Below, piece after piece: positions 46,440 through 59,849 of a DNA stretch of 64,000 bases. Numbering within the stretch: position 1 is the stretch's first letter; the number at the start of each line of letters is the position of its first letter. The translations under genes and the position numbers were made by a program. The notes beneath the pieces were generated by a model. The model searched no databases, was not told the origin of the DNA, and was given only the letters and a program-made list of their open reading frames with translations. This DNA comes from Bispira polyomma (Eukaryota), in contig OZ287752.1 of the NCBI GenBank assembly GCA_965649765.1, positions 86,676,001 through 86,740,000 of the forward strand, written 5' to 3'.

Positions 46440-48555
46440 TTAAAATTGGACGGTAAACACAGTAATAACAATAGGCGTGGGGAATATTAGTTTTATTCTA
46501 AGTTGGTTAAACTACATCATATACACACTGAGAGACTAAGGTCACCAGGGATTTAAGGAGATCAGAAAGTGACCGCTTAAACTGAGTTTAAGTTGTGATA
46601 TTAAGGTTAATTGAGTTTTACAATTAGAAATTAAGGTCGTTTTACCTTAAGATGCCGGATTGGATTACTTTAAGGCCATTTTAGCTTAAGATGGTTGTTT
46701 GAGTTAGGGTAACCTTAATGGCTTTAAGTTTTAACTTAAGTCTAGTTTGAAGATATAGGTGACCTTAGTCTGAGATACACACGTAACAAGTTTAAGGTTT
46801 AAAATGAATTAGAAAAAACACCCAAATTAGTGAGTAGGGTTGGAAAGTAGGTTTTGAAAAGCTATGGCCACTTGGTCGGAAGCTTTATGATCTTTTGTAA
46901 TATATTTCCATATGCATTCTGAGGTCCATGTGCCATGGCTTTAAATTTCCTGTAATGGGACGTGGTTATTAAAGGCCAGTGTGGCCCCTGAAAGCCTGAA
47001 ATCGTGAAATGTTATGGGAAAATATGTCGTTTTCAATCTGACTAGTATTTGCTTCAAATTATGTCTTATTTTTGAATCCGTCAGAGGGTGACTTGTTACG
47101 ACCTGGTGACAGGGCTAGGACATTTCTAATTGCTGCCACAGGGCAGAGTACTGAATTCATGATACTTGGAACCTTAATGATTCTTATTGAGTTTCTATTC
47201 TGGATGGTTATGGACCATTTCATTATTACTTGCAATCCAGGGGGAGCAAAGAGCACATCCGCCCTGGCAAGCTGTTCTAATGGATTAAACATACTGAGTG
47301 TATGAGGGACTAAGTTTGATATTCTTAAGAAGGAGAAAAAGGCTAACAGGTAAGCAGCCTTGAAAATTTGCCCCATGAACATTGTATCACAGATCTTCAC
47401 TATTTCTGTAAGCAAGGCAATATCAATAACCTTGTTAATTCTGGCTCTGAAGGGTTTTTGCAAGATTTGTGCCTTCTGAAAATACTTTATATAAGGTTCT
47501 GATTTTAAATTTCCTGCCATGTTAATTCTCTGAAGGTCCTTTAGTCTGGTGTCCACTCCCTCTGGAGCTGGTTCAGCTGCCTCAACGTCTGGAGAGAGGG
47601 AACCATGAGGTCATCCAAATCCGTGGGCCAACGGTTCTTCTGCCTGCCAAATGCCTGAGACTCCTGTGGCTGCTGCATCGCGTGCTGCCTGCCAAATGCC
47701 TGTGAATCCTGGGTTTGCTGCACCACCTGCTGCCTGCCAAATGCCTGAGCCACTCCTCCCACCTGTGGCTGTACCTGTGTGCTACTGACATAATGATCTA
47801 AATTTGTAGGCACACGAGCCACTTTCTGAATGAGGGAATTAACACACTGTCTGTCTGTTTCTACCCGTTTCTCAACTTTTGACATTCTGCTTCCGAGGTC
47901 TTTAAGTTATTGTAATATGCGCAAATTCACCTCCGCCGATGACATGGCGGTGTTATCATTATTGTCCTCACTCTCACTTTCTACATCCTGCCAATGTTTA
48001 CCTGGTGCCATCTCACTGGCACTGTTTATCACAGTTTTTAATTTAGTTTCTTTAAGTCGATACACTGAAATATATAATATAAACACTGGGCTTTGATATT
48101 TGCGGATATAAGGCTATAGATGTATAATTAATTTGTATAATGACTAGAATGAAATATAATGGTTACGTCCCCCAAATTTTTGCTCCCAACATCAAAGCCA
48201 GAGCAATATTCGCATATATCAAAGCATAGGTTGTCCGTCACACTCCAATATGATCCCTGATCCACTGTAAGCACGTCCTATGATTGCAGACTTGTAGAAT
48301 AACACACATATGACAGACATTAACAAAAGTAGAATTTTAAAAACAAATTTAAGATATCTTAAAATGGCGTGTTGCCTAGTTGACTTCAATTATAAAAGTG
48401 AATCCCTCAGGCTATTTGGTGGGAATTGGCTGTGTAATTGAGTTAATGAGAGCCAATGGCAATTGGGGTCATGCTGACCAGAATAGTTTTTAAAAATCCC
48501 TTCTGGCACTGACCCTACTAGACCCTTCGGGCTACCTTGCATACCTACCGGTCTA
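46440..48555 (-). mobile_element. Internally deleted YR retrotransposon (YR-3): gag 5' part fused to YR 3' part, no RT/RNase H; inserted into a SINE
   Basis: gag-like 47500-48050 (coiled coil, Q-rich AFGRQ repeats, VPSLQTLR). YR 46827-47500 (FSFLRISNLVP, FHDFRLSGAT, HGTW, IWKY). SINE halves at 48555-48650 and 46348-46440. Confidence 0.85.
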
Positions 48556-49124
48556 AGGCAAGTACCTAACAAACTCTCTCACATGATGGGACAAATAGGA
48601 TTTGAGCTCACTTTAGTGAGAGACCAGTGGCAGTGAAGCAGGTGAGTAGCAGTTTTAGGATATATTGTATTCATTTTAATGGTTGTGTTGAAAACAATTT
48701 TATTTTTGTATGCCTTTATTGCAATGCAGTCTTTTTTCTGAATGAAAGTAATTATTTATCTTCAAAAACAGTTTTAATGTTTGAAAATTAATGTGATCCC
48801 TGAGAGTCCTTTGAAATAATGATCATTAGGAGGAGAAATTGAAAACGAAAACAAGACAAAAACACCTCTCATAAAGTTTTTTTTTATTAAAATTATTTTT
48901 CACATTTTCCATGTCATTATCGTCAATGAACAATCAACTATCATAGTCAGTATTTTCCCATTTTGATCAAATATTACTTGGCTTCATTAAATACATGTCT
49001 CAGCAAGTTAACATAAATTCACTCAAAATATAAGATCATTTTTAAATAAAAAAAACAACAACACTTTGATTATTTTTTATATTTTTGGGGGTATTTCATG
49101 GCCAACAGGGTTGCTGTGTTTATA

Positions 49125-49310
49125 CTAATCTAATCTAATCTAACTTTTATAGCACTTAATCTCTCCTTCTCAGGGGATTCTAAGGCGCAGGACAGTATCC
49201 TTATTCAATTTGCATTTCCGTTGGACAAGCATGGGTTAGCACCATGGAGACGCCGGGTGAATTTAGGGCTATGGTGGAAAAGCCTTGTTTTAAGTTTTTT
49301 CTAAAGGATC
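49125..49310 (-). mobile_element. Short 3' copy of the L2 family at 16410-19452
   Basis: Close reverse-complement match to about 19255-19452, including the (TTAGA)n tail. Confidence 0.9.
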
Positions 49311-51626
49311 ACTTTCCTTATATACTGTACTTTTAGTTGACTTTTAATTGGTTCAAAAGTAAATGTAGCATGGAATAAAACAATGAATTATTGAGACACT
49401 TTCAAACAATCAAAGAAACCTTTTGTAGTACTTTATCTCGTTTGAATCAGTAGGGATATGACCATGTGACAAAGGAAAAGGCTGGTCTGGGATTAAACCA
49501 AGGTCCTAACCAACTGTGTTACTTTTTTGGCTAAAGTGGCTACTGTTACCAAAATATTATAAAGTTATGTTACTTAGTTTACAAATTTGTTACAGTCTGT
49601 ATCTGTATAGTGTAGCTCTAACATAAAACCACATGACGGGCCTGCTGTGTCAGTTCACCATCCCACTAAAATCATTATTGTTAAAACCTTTCATGTTTAC
49701 ACTTCTGCCAATCCCCGCTCACAATCAATATCCTGTCACCAATCACCCCTCTCTGAATGTTGTGTATGCTGCCTTAAGTTCTGGCACCATTTTAAATGAG
49801 ATTTTAACAGTTGAACATTGGAATTTCATATTTTCCACCACTAAGGAGAATTAGAGCAAATATTAGAAAAAACAACATGACGGGTTCGAACTCAGGGCCG
49901 TGTAGAGCCAGGTTCCCTATTGTATTAAAGAAACTACAATCCAAAAATTCAACGTGTAGTAATTGCAACACAAAGTTCTGTTTAGGTTTGTAACAACATT
50001 ATAACTGGGAAAAATACTGGCAAAGTAGAAACTTCAAAGGGCAAATAATCCAAAATTATGCATCAGTCTCCAAAAACCGAAACTTGAGTGTAATACAATG
50101 ATTAAAATTACATAGGGAAGAGGGGGTTACTGTAGAATATGATCTCTCTGTTCTGTTAGATATGTAAGGAAATTTAACCAGATCATTTGATTAGAGAAAC
50201 TCTTTGTTCTTTTCCCTGCATCTGAAAATATACATAGTAAGTGTGACCATTTCAAGGATTAACTTTATGGTAAGGTAATTTACATTATGTTGTGACATGG
50301 TTGAGAATATGAATTACCTTCAGACACCCAGCGTTTTCTGTTTTCTTATTAAATTCCTTTTGTATAGAAAACTAGAAGGGTATTCGGTACAATGCAAACC
50401 TCTGCCAAGGCACCAGAATAGAGTAAAGAAAACATTTAGTTACCCCTTTGTGCTTTTTACACAAATCACATATTTACACCATAGTTGTAGTTGAAAGAAA
50501 CAAAACCTCATTGTTGGTATCTATAAAAACAGTCCATCATTTATAAGGGAGAGGGTAAGTTTGACATTTTGGAGTTAGTGTAAAATTCTGGTCACAGCAC
50601 TTGGCAACATAAACCCATTATAATGATTACTCAGATATTTTTTAATAACTATTAAGCTATTCATATGCAGAATATAAATCTGTCAATTGTATATTTCTTG
50701 AATTTGTGTATTCTATCTTCGACATCAAATGCTGGTAACTGTTAGACAGAAGAAATGCATCATTAAAATAATATGTTTTAATCTGCGATAAAAGAAATGT
50801 AAGATAGAAGCTGTCCTCATGTAAGTTGGTTAACTATCCCACAGGTTTGAACCATCCAGTGCAAAGCTGTTGTCAAAGTGAACCTTTTATATGTGTATTA
50901 TAGACTTAAGGTGAACATCAAGGAACTTCTTAGGGGATTTCATCTCCTGGTGATAACACACAATTTGTAGTGTTTTTGGATCGAACTTACGACCATAATC
51001 AAACTCATGACTATAACTAAATCAATTTCTAATACAGTTGTGTTAAATGTGTCATAGGATTTGATATATATATATATCACTCCATCACATATAATATCTA
51101 GACGCTGGCAATGCTGAAAATCCCATTGACTGTTAAATGATGTTAAAACTGAACATTATTGAATACCAGTTACCTTTAAATTTAAAAGTTATAGTACAAA
51201 GATACTTATCTCTTTTCTAAAATGCAATTCCTAAAATGTATCAAAATGTGATCAGTATTTGTTTTTCTGTGGATAATTTATTTTTGTGTTTGCACAAATT
51301 TAAACTGATAAATCAGAAGTACATGGACACAATCTTTGTTGTAAATATGATATTGTGTTTAAAGTGTTGTATGAAAAATTATTATAAAAATGTTATAAGT
51401 GAAAAGTGTTTGAATTTGTCAAAGTAGTTTACATAACATTATATATACCTGTATACAACACGAATTCATTCCAATTTAGATGTATCTGTCTGTTTATACT
51501 GTGTATGATAGCTTGTTTGTTAAAACATTTCAACTATAATCTTATCTTGGGGCTAAAGCCTAAATCTCCTTTCTCCATATTGCTTTATACACATATACCT
51601 TCACGTATCCATATGTGTATATGTTA

Positions 51627-52734
51627 CAGTCAATCTGTGAAACCAGTCATTACGCGTAATGACTGAAACTTCAAGTCATTTCGCGTAATGACTGAAATTA
51701 TGGTCCAGTCATTACACATAATGACTGAAAATATATTGAGCAGACAATAATATTATATATCGAGATCACATATGTGTAATAAGAATTACTTTGAGAGTAA
51801 GTAGTATACTTTTCTACATTTTGTCTGACTGTTGCTTGCAGTTAATTTCAGATCCACTATCAAGTTGTTAAATTGATCTTCAAATGACTCTGCCATTATA
51901 ACAATCAACACCAAATGATGTGTAATTGATGTAGAATTCAAAACAGTTATATTAGACAAGTCTTATTGAGGGATTATTTATACTCAAAAATGTACTCGGA
52001 ATTTGAGTTGGGGCTCAGCTAAATCCCTACTCAGGCTTTCACACATTTAATAAATTCCATAAAGATGAACCTTTGTTGCTCAGCATTAAAGGTGCTATAA
52101 ACTTTGAATAGGAGGACCTTTCACACAAATATCCCACTAGAACTTTACACAGGTAGCAGCAAAAATAGGACAAGTACATAAGAAGGTTTATGCTAAATTG
52201 CACTTAAAGCAATACCAGTAGACAAGATTAACTTCAAAGTATTCATCAACTGGTTTCTTTGAACTTTGATTTCAAATAAAAACACATAAACATCAGAGAA
52301 ATGGCCTTTTTTTAAAATCAAAGAAGTTACATTTAGAATTCACATTTAGAAGACAAATTAAGAAATATTTCTAAATTGGATCTTGTCACAACCACAATAT
52401 ATAACCCCACTTGAGATACTTATAATGCATAAAATAATGTTAATTCACACCATATAATTTACATCTGAGATACTTATATTGCATGAAATAATTATGAATT
52501 TAAACAATCCTTCATAGAATTTAAGTCCACCTGTTGCTACTGAAAAGAAATAAAAAAGTTACAGAAAGAGGGTTTTGCATTAAAATATTCAAAGACATAC
52601 TATATTGACTAACTACACATCTTTTCACAGTAAACTATTACAAGCACCAAAAATGAACCATCAATTTCAGTCATTACGCGAAATGACTGAAAATTTTAGT
52701 CATTACGCATAATGACTGTTTCACAGATTGACTG
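51627..52734. mobile_element. Non-autonomous DNA transposon (MITE), probably Tc1/mariner-pogo type, with TIRs of about 75 bp
   Basis: TA|CAGTCAATCTGTGAAAC...GTTTCACAGATTGACTG|TA; subterminal palindromic repeats; no internal ORF. Confidence 0.8.
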
Positions 52735-53894
52735 TAACACATACATAAAAATACATTTTTTCCCTTAATACATGTATGTATTTGAGTACAGAGATATAAA
52801 GACTCCATCTTTGTCGTGTGAAATATAATTATGACTTCATAATTTTAAATGTTAATAAATAAAGTACACCACATAAATTATTAATCACAAAATACTAACG
52901 CAATATCCACTGTCTAATGACCTAAGAATGCCTATTTAACTCCAACAATGGTAAAGTTATTTCAGAGGTTGGTGTTGTGATTTGTGCTCCTGTCTGTAAG
53001 CCAGGGCGAACCTGGGGTGGTCTTGTATGTAATGTTCAACCAGAGTCTGATAGAATGACTAATAAGCAAACAAATAGTCTGGCAGAACTTTGTAGATAAA
53101 ATGAATTGATTAATATCAACAACATTTTTCCTCAAAGATATTAGAAATTGGTTTTAAATAAGTGATGTTATATTTGAGAAATCAAGACATTTATAAATAT
53201 ACTAGATCAGGAGTAACAAATATTAAATAATATGTGTTTGTTGTCTTTTCTGTAATTATCACTAATTAGACGGAATATCTTTTTACATTGGTCTGATTTC
53301 AAATAAAACATAGCTTTATATTTGTGATAAAAATGAGGTATCAGATATGTAAACATTGGTAAAGCAAAAACAAAAGTAAAAGTAAGATCAAAATATAACA
53401 GATATGTCAAGTAAGGTCTCTCCTTTTCATCCAATTAATGTTGTACTTTCTCTATTGTAATTCTTATATCACTAACTTTACTACAATAAATGAGCAAGTA
53501 TTATATGTGAGATTTTAATAATATTGTAATTCAGATATATCAGTGTGAAACTACATCACATAAGATTAAAAGAACATGAACTATTTGACAGAGTATTGAA
53601 GTATGCAGCACAAGCCAAAAACATACAAATTGACCAGGAAATGGTTACACAAGGGATTTTACACAGAAACTTACTGCAAACTATTATTTCTCAGAAGCCA
53701 ACAGAGTAATTTTCCTTTCATGTTGGATTAGGGTGGGGATTAATTGTGGACTAACAGAGAAGCCAATAAAATTAAAGCCCCATATATGAGACAAGATTGT
53801 ACAGTGGAGTGTGTTTGTTGGGAAGACGTCTTTTTAAAATGACCTCACGTGGGTTATGGTAGTGTCTATCAATTGATAGACTGATAAAAGATCA

Positions 53895-54030
53895 TCCTAG
53901 TGGTAAGTAATGGTAAACTTAATGCATGGTCACTGGCTTGATTTATTTGAATCTTGTTCATTCGTTCATGTGGGAATGTTTGTCAGGTACTTGCTCCAGG
54001 TCAGTGGTTTACTAGTGCTTCAGCACTGGC
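53895..54030 (+). mobile_element. SINE fragment (MetaSINE-like core)
   Basis: GTTTGTCAGGTACTTGCTCCAGGTCAGTGGTTTACTAGTGCTTCAGCACTGG. Confidence 0.55.
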
Positions 54031-54139
54031 TGAAAGTAGTCCATCTTTAACAAATGTTATTTGGGAAATAAATCAAGGAGTATTTTAGAATTTCCTACGA
54101 AAATAACTAAAATTTATTATGGTTTATCAAATTAGAATC

Positions 54140-54245
54140 GACCTTGCTCTGTCCATGGATCAGGCAATTGGATCATTGATTCTGCTGTTACGCTTTAGAA
54201 GATGCCTAGCATTAATAAAGCGCGTTACAAATGCATAATAATAAT
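54140..54245 (+). mobile_element. L2 3' end fragment with (ATA)n tail
   Basis: Matches 46040-46145 and the reverse complement of 42485-42580. Confidence 0.7.
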
Positions 54246-54989
54246 AAAAAATAATTTCCATGTCACATAAAGTTTTAAACCTATTGTAGTAAACATTTAA
54301 AAATTGCTTAATCAATATCATATAACGAATGTCATAAATGTAAAGGAATGTAAATGAAGAATTGATTCATTGCATTTATATTCATCACTGTTTCAATTAT
54401 ATTCTGGTCTTGGGTTTTTAAAATATATCTAGTAATTTTGGACACTCCATCTTAACAAGAATAGTCCAGATGTCAATAGCACATCACAAATATTTAGGAT
54501 TTTATGCAACTTAATGCTTATCAATACATTTTACACTTAAAACTGTAAATACATTTCAATGTTTTTGTGTTATTTTCTGGGGACAACAGTATCTGTTCCC
54601 TCAAATATTACATTTTTATAAACATCTCATCTGCACTCAATTATACTGTTCATTTAGTTGCCCTTTTAGTTTACCTAAAAAGCAAAGAGGATAATTGATC
54701 AACTTCCAATCTTTCGGAAGAAAAAACTGTTTTAGCAATAGTGGAATAAAACAATCTGTTGTTGAATTAATCTGTATACTCCACATTTTCCATCTACCCT
54801 GGTGTTCAAAGTGCTAATTAACATTTACTTGACTACCTGATTACAGCCAACCAGCAACAGTAACTGTCATTCCCCTAACTGAAGACACAGAGGTTGACTA
54901 TTTAGCCAATCATTACAGACATGACCCAGGACAAAGAATACCAGCATTGTTTATTGTCACAGTTGTCAAGTGATACACATACACTAGAG

Positions 54990-55105
54990 AAGTAGTGGTA
55001 ACACACTTGGCTATGCTTGTAATGGGTTCGAATCTCGGCCATGGCATATATATGGGGAAGTTTGTCAGTATGCTTGCTGAAAGTTGGTGGTTTGTTGAGC
55101 GTTAA
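54990..55105 (+). mobile_element. SINE 5' part (tRNA head plus MetaSINE-like core)
   Basis: B-box GGTTCGAATCT followed by GAAGTTTGTCAGTATGCTTGCTGAAAGTTGGTGGTTT. Confidence 0.55.
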
Positions 55106-56734
55106 ACCATGACCAGCTACCCTGTTCTGATATATTTCACCAGTGAACTGCCCGTCATGATCAAACAAGACATGTTTAAAGCTTAATATGTTTGAACCCA
55201 AACTAAACTAAAAACATGCTACCTGTTTTCCCTACTACACGAAGACAAGAATTATGTGTTGTAATTACCACAAACATCAAATTCTAGGTCTTGGTTTGTA
55301 ACAACTTTATAATTAGGGAAAAAAACTGGCAAAGTAGGAACTTAAAAGGCCTGAAAATCCAATATAATGCAACAGTCTGTCTAACAAAAACAACACTTGA
55401 GTGTAATACAATGATTAAAATTACACGAAAAAATGAGGTTACTGGAGAATATGATCTCTCTGTTCTCTTAGATATGTAGGGAAATTTAGCCAGATAATTT
55501 GTTTACAGAAACTCTTTGTCCTTTTTCCTACATTTCGGAGTCACTGCCTCAAGGCATATCTTGTCAGTCGCACAAATTAGCCACCTCACTGTAACTTTCC
55601 TAGCGACCAATATGCATTCAGGGTCGTTAGGATTCAATACACACGCCCGGTCTATTTCTCTTTCTCTTCATTATTAAACCCACAGCCAAAGGGTGTACAC
55701 GTTTTAAAAATTAACCTCACCCACCCTCCTTGTGTTGAGTGGTATCATTTGCTTCTTTAAAATCATGCAACTCATACTTGGGTGGATTCAACGTTGGAAC
55801 CGTGTAGTGGTGCGATCCTTTCCTCCATATACTTGCCCTTGGTGTGGCTGCCAAGGGAATTCGGAGCTCTGCGGGGAAGGATTGGCCATTGCTAGGCGTG
55901 TTAGTGCCATAGGTTCCGATTTCGAGTCCATCCTTGTTTGGATTGCATGATTCAAGTCTATATATTGATTTATTGTTCGGATCATGTTTGAATACTTGTT
56001 GTAACTTCTTTTGAGATGAACAGGTTTAAAGTGTGAACTATACTAGGTTTACAGTTGTTAGAACCCGCGTATACTGTGGGATTATGTTATTTGAGGACTA
56101 CTTTAATGTTACAAGATTTGTCCTTATTATACTAGTTATATTTTACATGTACAGAACCCGCGTAGATTGTGGGATTATTTGCTGATTACCTTAATGTTAC
56201 AAGGTTTGTCGCCTACTAGTTTATATTTTATGGTTTTTTTATGCCTTACAAGTAAGCCGTATGGGCTTTTAAAGTTTTAAAAATCATATATTTTAAAACT
56301 ATTGTATAGTTGTACAAAAATTATCTGTAAATAAAAATTCTCCAAACTAGCATCAGATTTTCCAACATCCAACATATCACTACCACTTCATCTTTACTTC
56401 CAAATAAAGGTCCAAATCTCTAGACACAAGTATACTATTTTGACCATTATTTACTACCAGCTATCTTGTGAGACTGGGAAAAGAAAACCATATCAAGTGT
56501 GACCATATCAAGGATTGAGTTAAGGGTAAGGTACTTTACATCAGTTTTGTTATGACATGGCTAAAATGTTATTTATTTACAGTAGCCACAGCATTTTTAT
56601 TGAATCCCTAGGTAGAATGCATACCTCTGCCAAGCCACGACAAAAAAGTGAAAATTAATTTTCTATATCTGGAATTTATTAGTTCTTGGTCCTGATCTTA
56701 TTGATACAAAATTTTATTCATGATACAAAGTTTG

Positions 56735-56865
56735 ATGTAAATTGGGTCAGTAGTTTGTCAGGTACTTGTAGGTTTACAGCGCCTCATCACTGGTTTCTTC
56801 CAACATTAAATCGGTCTGGCCATTGTTGTATGACCCAAGCTGTTGAAAGCGACGTAAAGATTCAA
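56735..56865 (+). mobile_element. SINE 3' part
   Basis: GTTTGTCAGGTACTTG...GGTTTCTTCCAACATTAAAT...ATGACCCAAGCTGTTGAAAGCGACGTAAA. Confidence 0.6.
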
Positions 56866-57081
56866 ATTCTATATCAGGCAGTGTTTGGGACTTCAGGCAC
56901 ATACTAAGTCCCATTTCCATACCATCCCGGGGACGATAACTGATTCTTTTTATTGTCTGACTTTGATTGTAAGTTGTGAGTCACTTGGAGGATATTTACT
57001 CCCTCTTATGGCCTCTCATCGTCATTAAACTTAATGATTCTACTACTGAGTCGGCTACTGGCTGAATACTAAGTTAACTTC

Positions 57082-57130
57082 TGTCTGTGTGTGTGTGTGT
57101 GTGTGTAGGGGGGGTGGGGTGGGGGGTGGC
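57082..57130. repeat. (GT)n microsatellite followed by a G-run tract
   Basis: Directly visible. Confidence 0.9.
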
Positions 57131-59339
57131 TATTTTACCAGACAAAACTGGATATTTTATAAAACTAGTCACTGTTTAGTTATCACACAACATGTTTTAA
57201 AATATAATACTGATGTAGCTCCCATGTTTCAATAAATATTGACTATTTAGTGTTTTGTCACTTTTAAGTTTGGCTTGGGTATTTTTAAATTTTGGTTGGT
57301 GGTTACTCTAAAGAAATAAACCAGGCTCCAACAAACTGGTACAAATACATTTACACAAGTATTTTGTGTTGTGAAATATTTGAAAAGTATTTTAAAACAC
57401 GTGTAAAAGTTTTTTTTACTTTTATAGCTCGTTGATAACTAAGTTCAAACATTTTTATGAGCTCACGCTTGCTGTCATTTACTATAGTGTTAGATAATAA
57501 TCTAACTAACATTGATATTATAACATACAAACTGTAATTAGTGATAGTCATATCAAAATATAGAAAAGGTAATATTGCTAAAGTAATTGCTGTGTATTAA
57601 AATATGTTGTCTGTTAAAATAAAATCATATAATGTTTTCTTTTATTACAACGTTCCATTCAACTTTCACTTCCATCTCTTGGACTTACTTTTCCGTTGAA
57701 CTGTGAAGTATTTTGAGAAATAAATTACATTTTATTATTATCTCCAAACTGGAGCTACTATAGCTTGAATAATATCTTAAATTGTACAATATGCAATTTT
57801 GTTTCTTGAACATACATACCTATTTGTTATTGGTTAGTTATATCGTTTGTCTCCGGGATTACACAGAAGCTACTGAACAGATGTACATGGAATTTGTTGA
57901 TGCAATGTTGACACAAATGCAAATCCCTAAAATCGGGGATCAAATAGAGGTCAAATCTGGAGATCAAGGATGTTGTTTCTTCACCTTTTAGCACTGTGGC
58001 TCCTTGGCAAGGGTATGTACTCGACTGAGTGCTCTTATAGGTTTGATTTTTTGGGGTCAGAGTTCCAATGCTATCTATGCCACAAGTTCACATTAACAGT
58101 GTACAGACAACAAACATGTTTTTGTCATAGTTCCAATGCTACCTAATCTTATCTAATCAATTCCGTAATGACGCTTATCAAAATTTAACAAGAAGCCAGT
58201 GTAAATCTTATTAGTGATGATACAAGCTAGAGTATGTTGTATTGTGACACAAAGTTTACACAAACAGTATATAGAGCACAGACTTTTTCCCTCTTTTGTC
58301 CTCTACCACTAAGTGTGTGACACACAGAGAATCAGCCAGTTGTGACCCAGATAGCTTTCACAACTGTCTAACCCTTAACAAATAAATTACTACACGGTTT
58401 CCTGTGGACTGGATTAAATAAACACTATGGGTTTTTTGGTCATATTTTTTGCAATGATCTATAATGAATTTTTGTTACATTTACCCATATATTCTGGGTT
58501 AATAAGTTTTACCATTGCTATTTTCAGGGATCTGTAAGTTTTTAATACATAATTATTATTTCAAGAAATTAAGTGGGTAAATATTCAAAAGTAAAGTGCA
58601 AGGCCAGTTTTGTTCATTATAAACTGGCAAGTGAAGGTGTGTATGTATAAAAACCTGTTTTGCTAATTAATCTTCTTGAGGTTTTTTTTAGTGAAGGCTT
58701 TCAGAAGAACTGTAAGTATAGGTCTGAAAAGTATTGTAATATCAATGCTGTAAACCATGTCTCTGTGAATAAAGTTATGCTCTAGAATTATCAATTTAAA
58801 CATAGTTGTAATTGAATGTTGAACTAATCTGTTTTCATATGTAAATATTGATGTTAAATGTTAATGTTCAAAATCTATACCACCACAACTGATATGTCAG
58901 CATCCTCTGTGGGGCTACACATTCAAATCAGAAAATTAAAAGGTTTGTGATCAATGAATCCAGTCACGGCCGGAAGATGTATGTTATGTCAGAAGAGTCG
59001 GTTTATACCTTTGAACCGGAAGGGAAAACTACTAGTACTGAACTCAATAGTAGCCAGTGGAGTTTAAAAGGGGTTATATGTGTGAACCAACTTTGATATA
59101 CAATTCTGCAAAGATTGTTCAGGGTATTCAGCAGCTTGTTTATTTATGCTTGTATCATATCACACATTAGTGAATTACAATAGTCAAGTAGGTTTTGCAG
59201 TCAAGGTATTTTGCAACTGCAAAAGCATTTTCAACAGTCTTGGTGCCGAGAGTCACGAATGTTATAATAGCAGGATTGTTAGATATTTGAAAACATGCTT
59301 TTTTTGTAGGAGGTCTTTCTTTCTGGCATAGTAGACCTG

Positions 59340-59629
59340 AAAATGCTTTCTTAAGTGTCCCTACATACGATGCTTCTAAGCTGTGAAATGATCTGCCTCA
59401 TAATATGACCACTGCCTCCTCACTTGGCTGTTTAAAAAAATAGCTTAAAACATACCTATTTAGCAAGGCTTTTCCACTTTAGCCTCCTTACCTTTTTCTG
59501 GCGTTTCCATGGTCACAACCCTGTACGTCCAATTGCTATATAAAATTGTCAAAATGATTTCTGTCTCGTGCGTCTTAGAATCTGCTAGCACAGAGATTAA
59601 GTGCTATAAAAGTTAGATTAGATTAGATT
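59340..59629 (+). mobile_element. L2 3' end with (TTAGA)n tail
   Basis: LKTYLFSKAFP-type end of ORF2; AGATTAAGTGCTATAAAAGTTAGATTAGATTAGATT. Confidence 0.8.
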
Positions 59630-59849
59630 TGTGCCTCAATTGCATAGAAACCTCTAAGGTGCAATATCCATGGAGTTAACCATTACAATATTACAGGTAC
59701 ATAATGGAGTTTCATAAGTTGTGGTGTACTGAGCGAAACTTTAAGTACAATAAGCCTGCCCAGACAGGTTTGAGTGTAAAACACATAGAACTGTCAGGCT
59801 AGAGATATCTTGTTCCATTGACTTGGAACTGTATAAGTGACACGATTAC

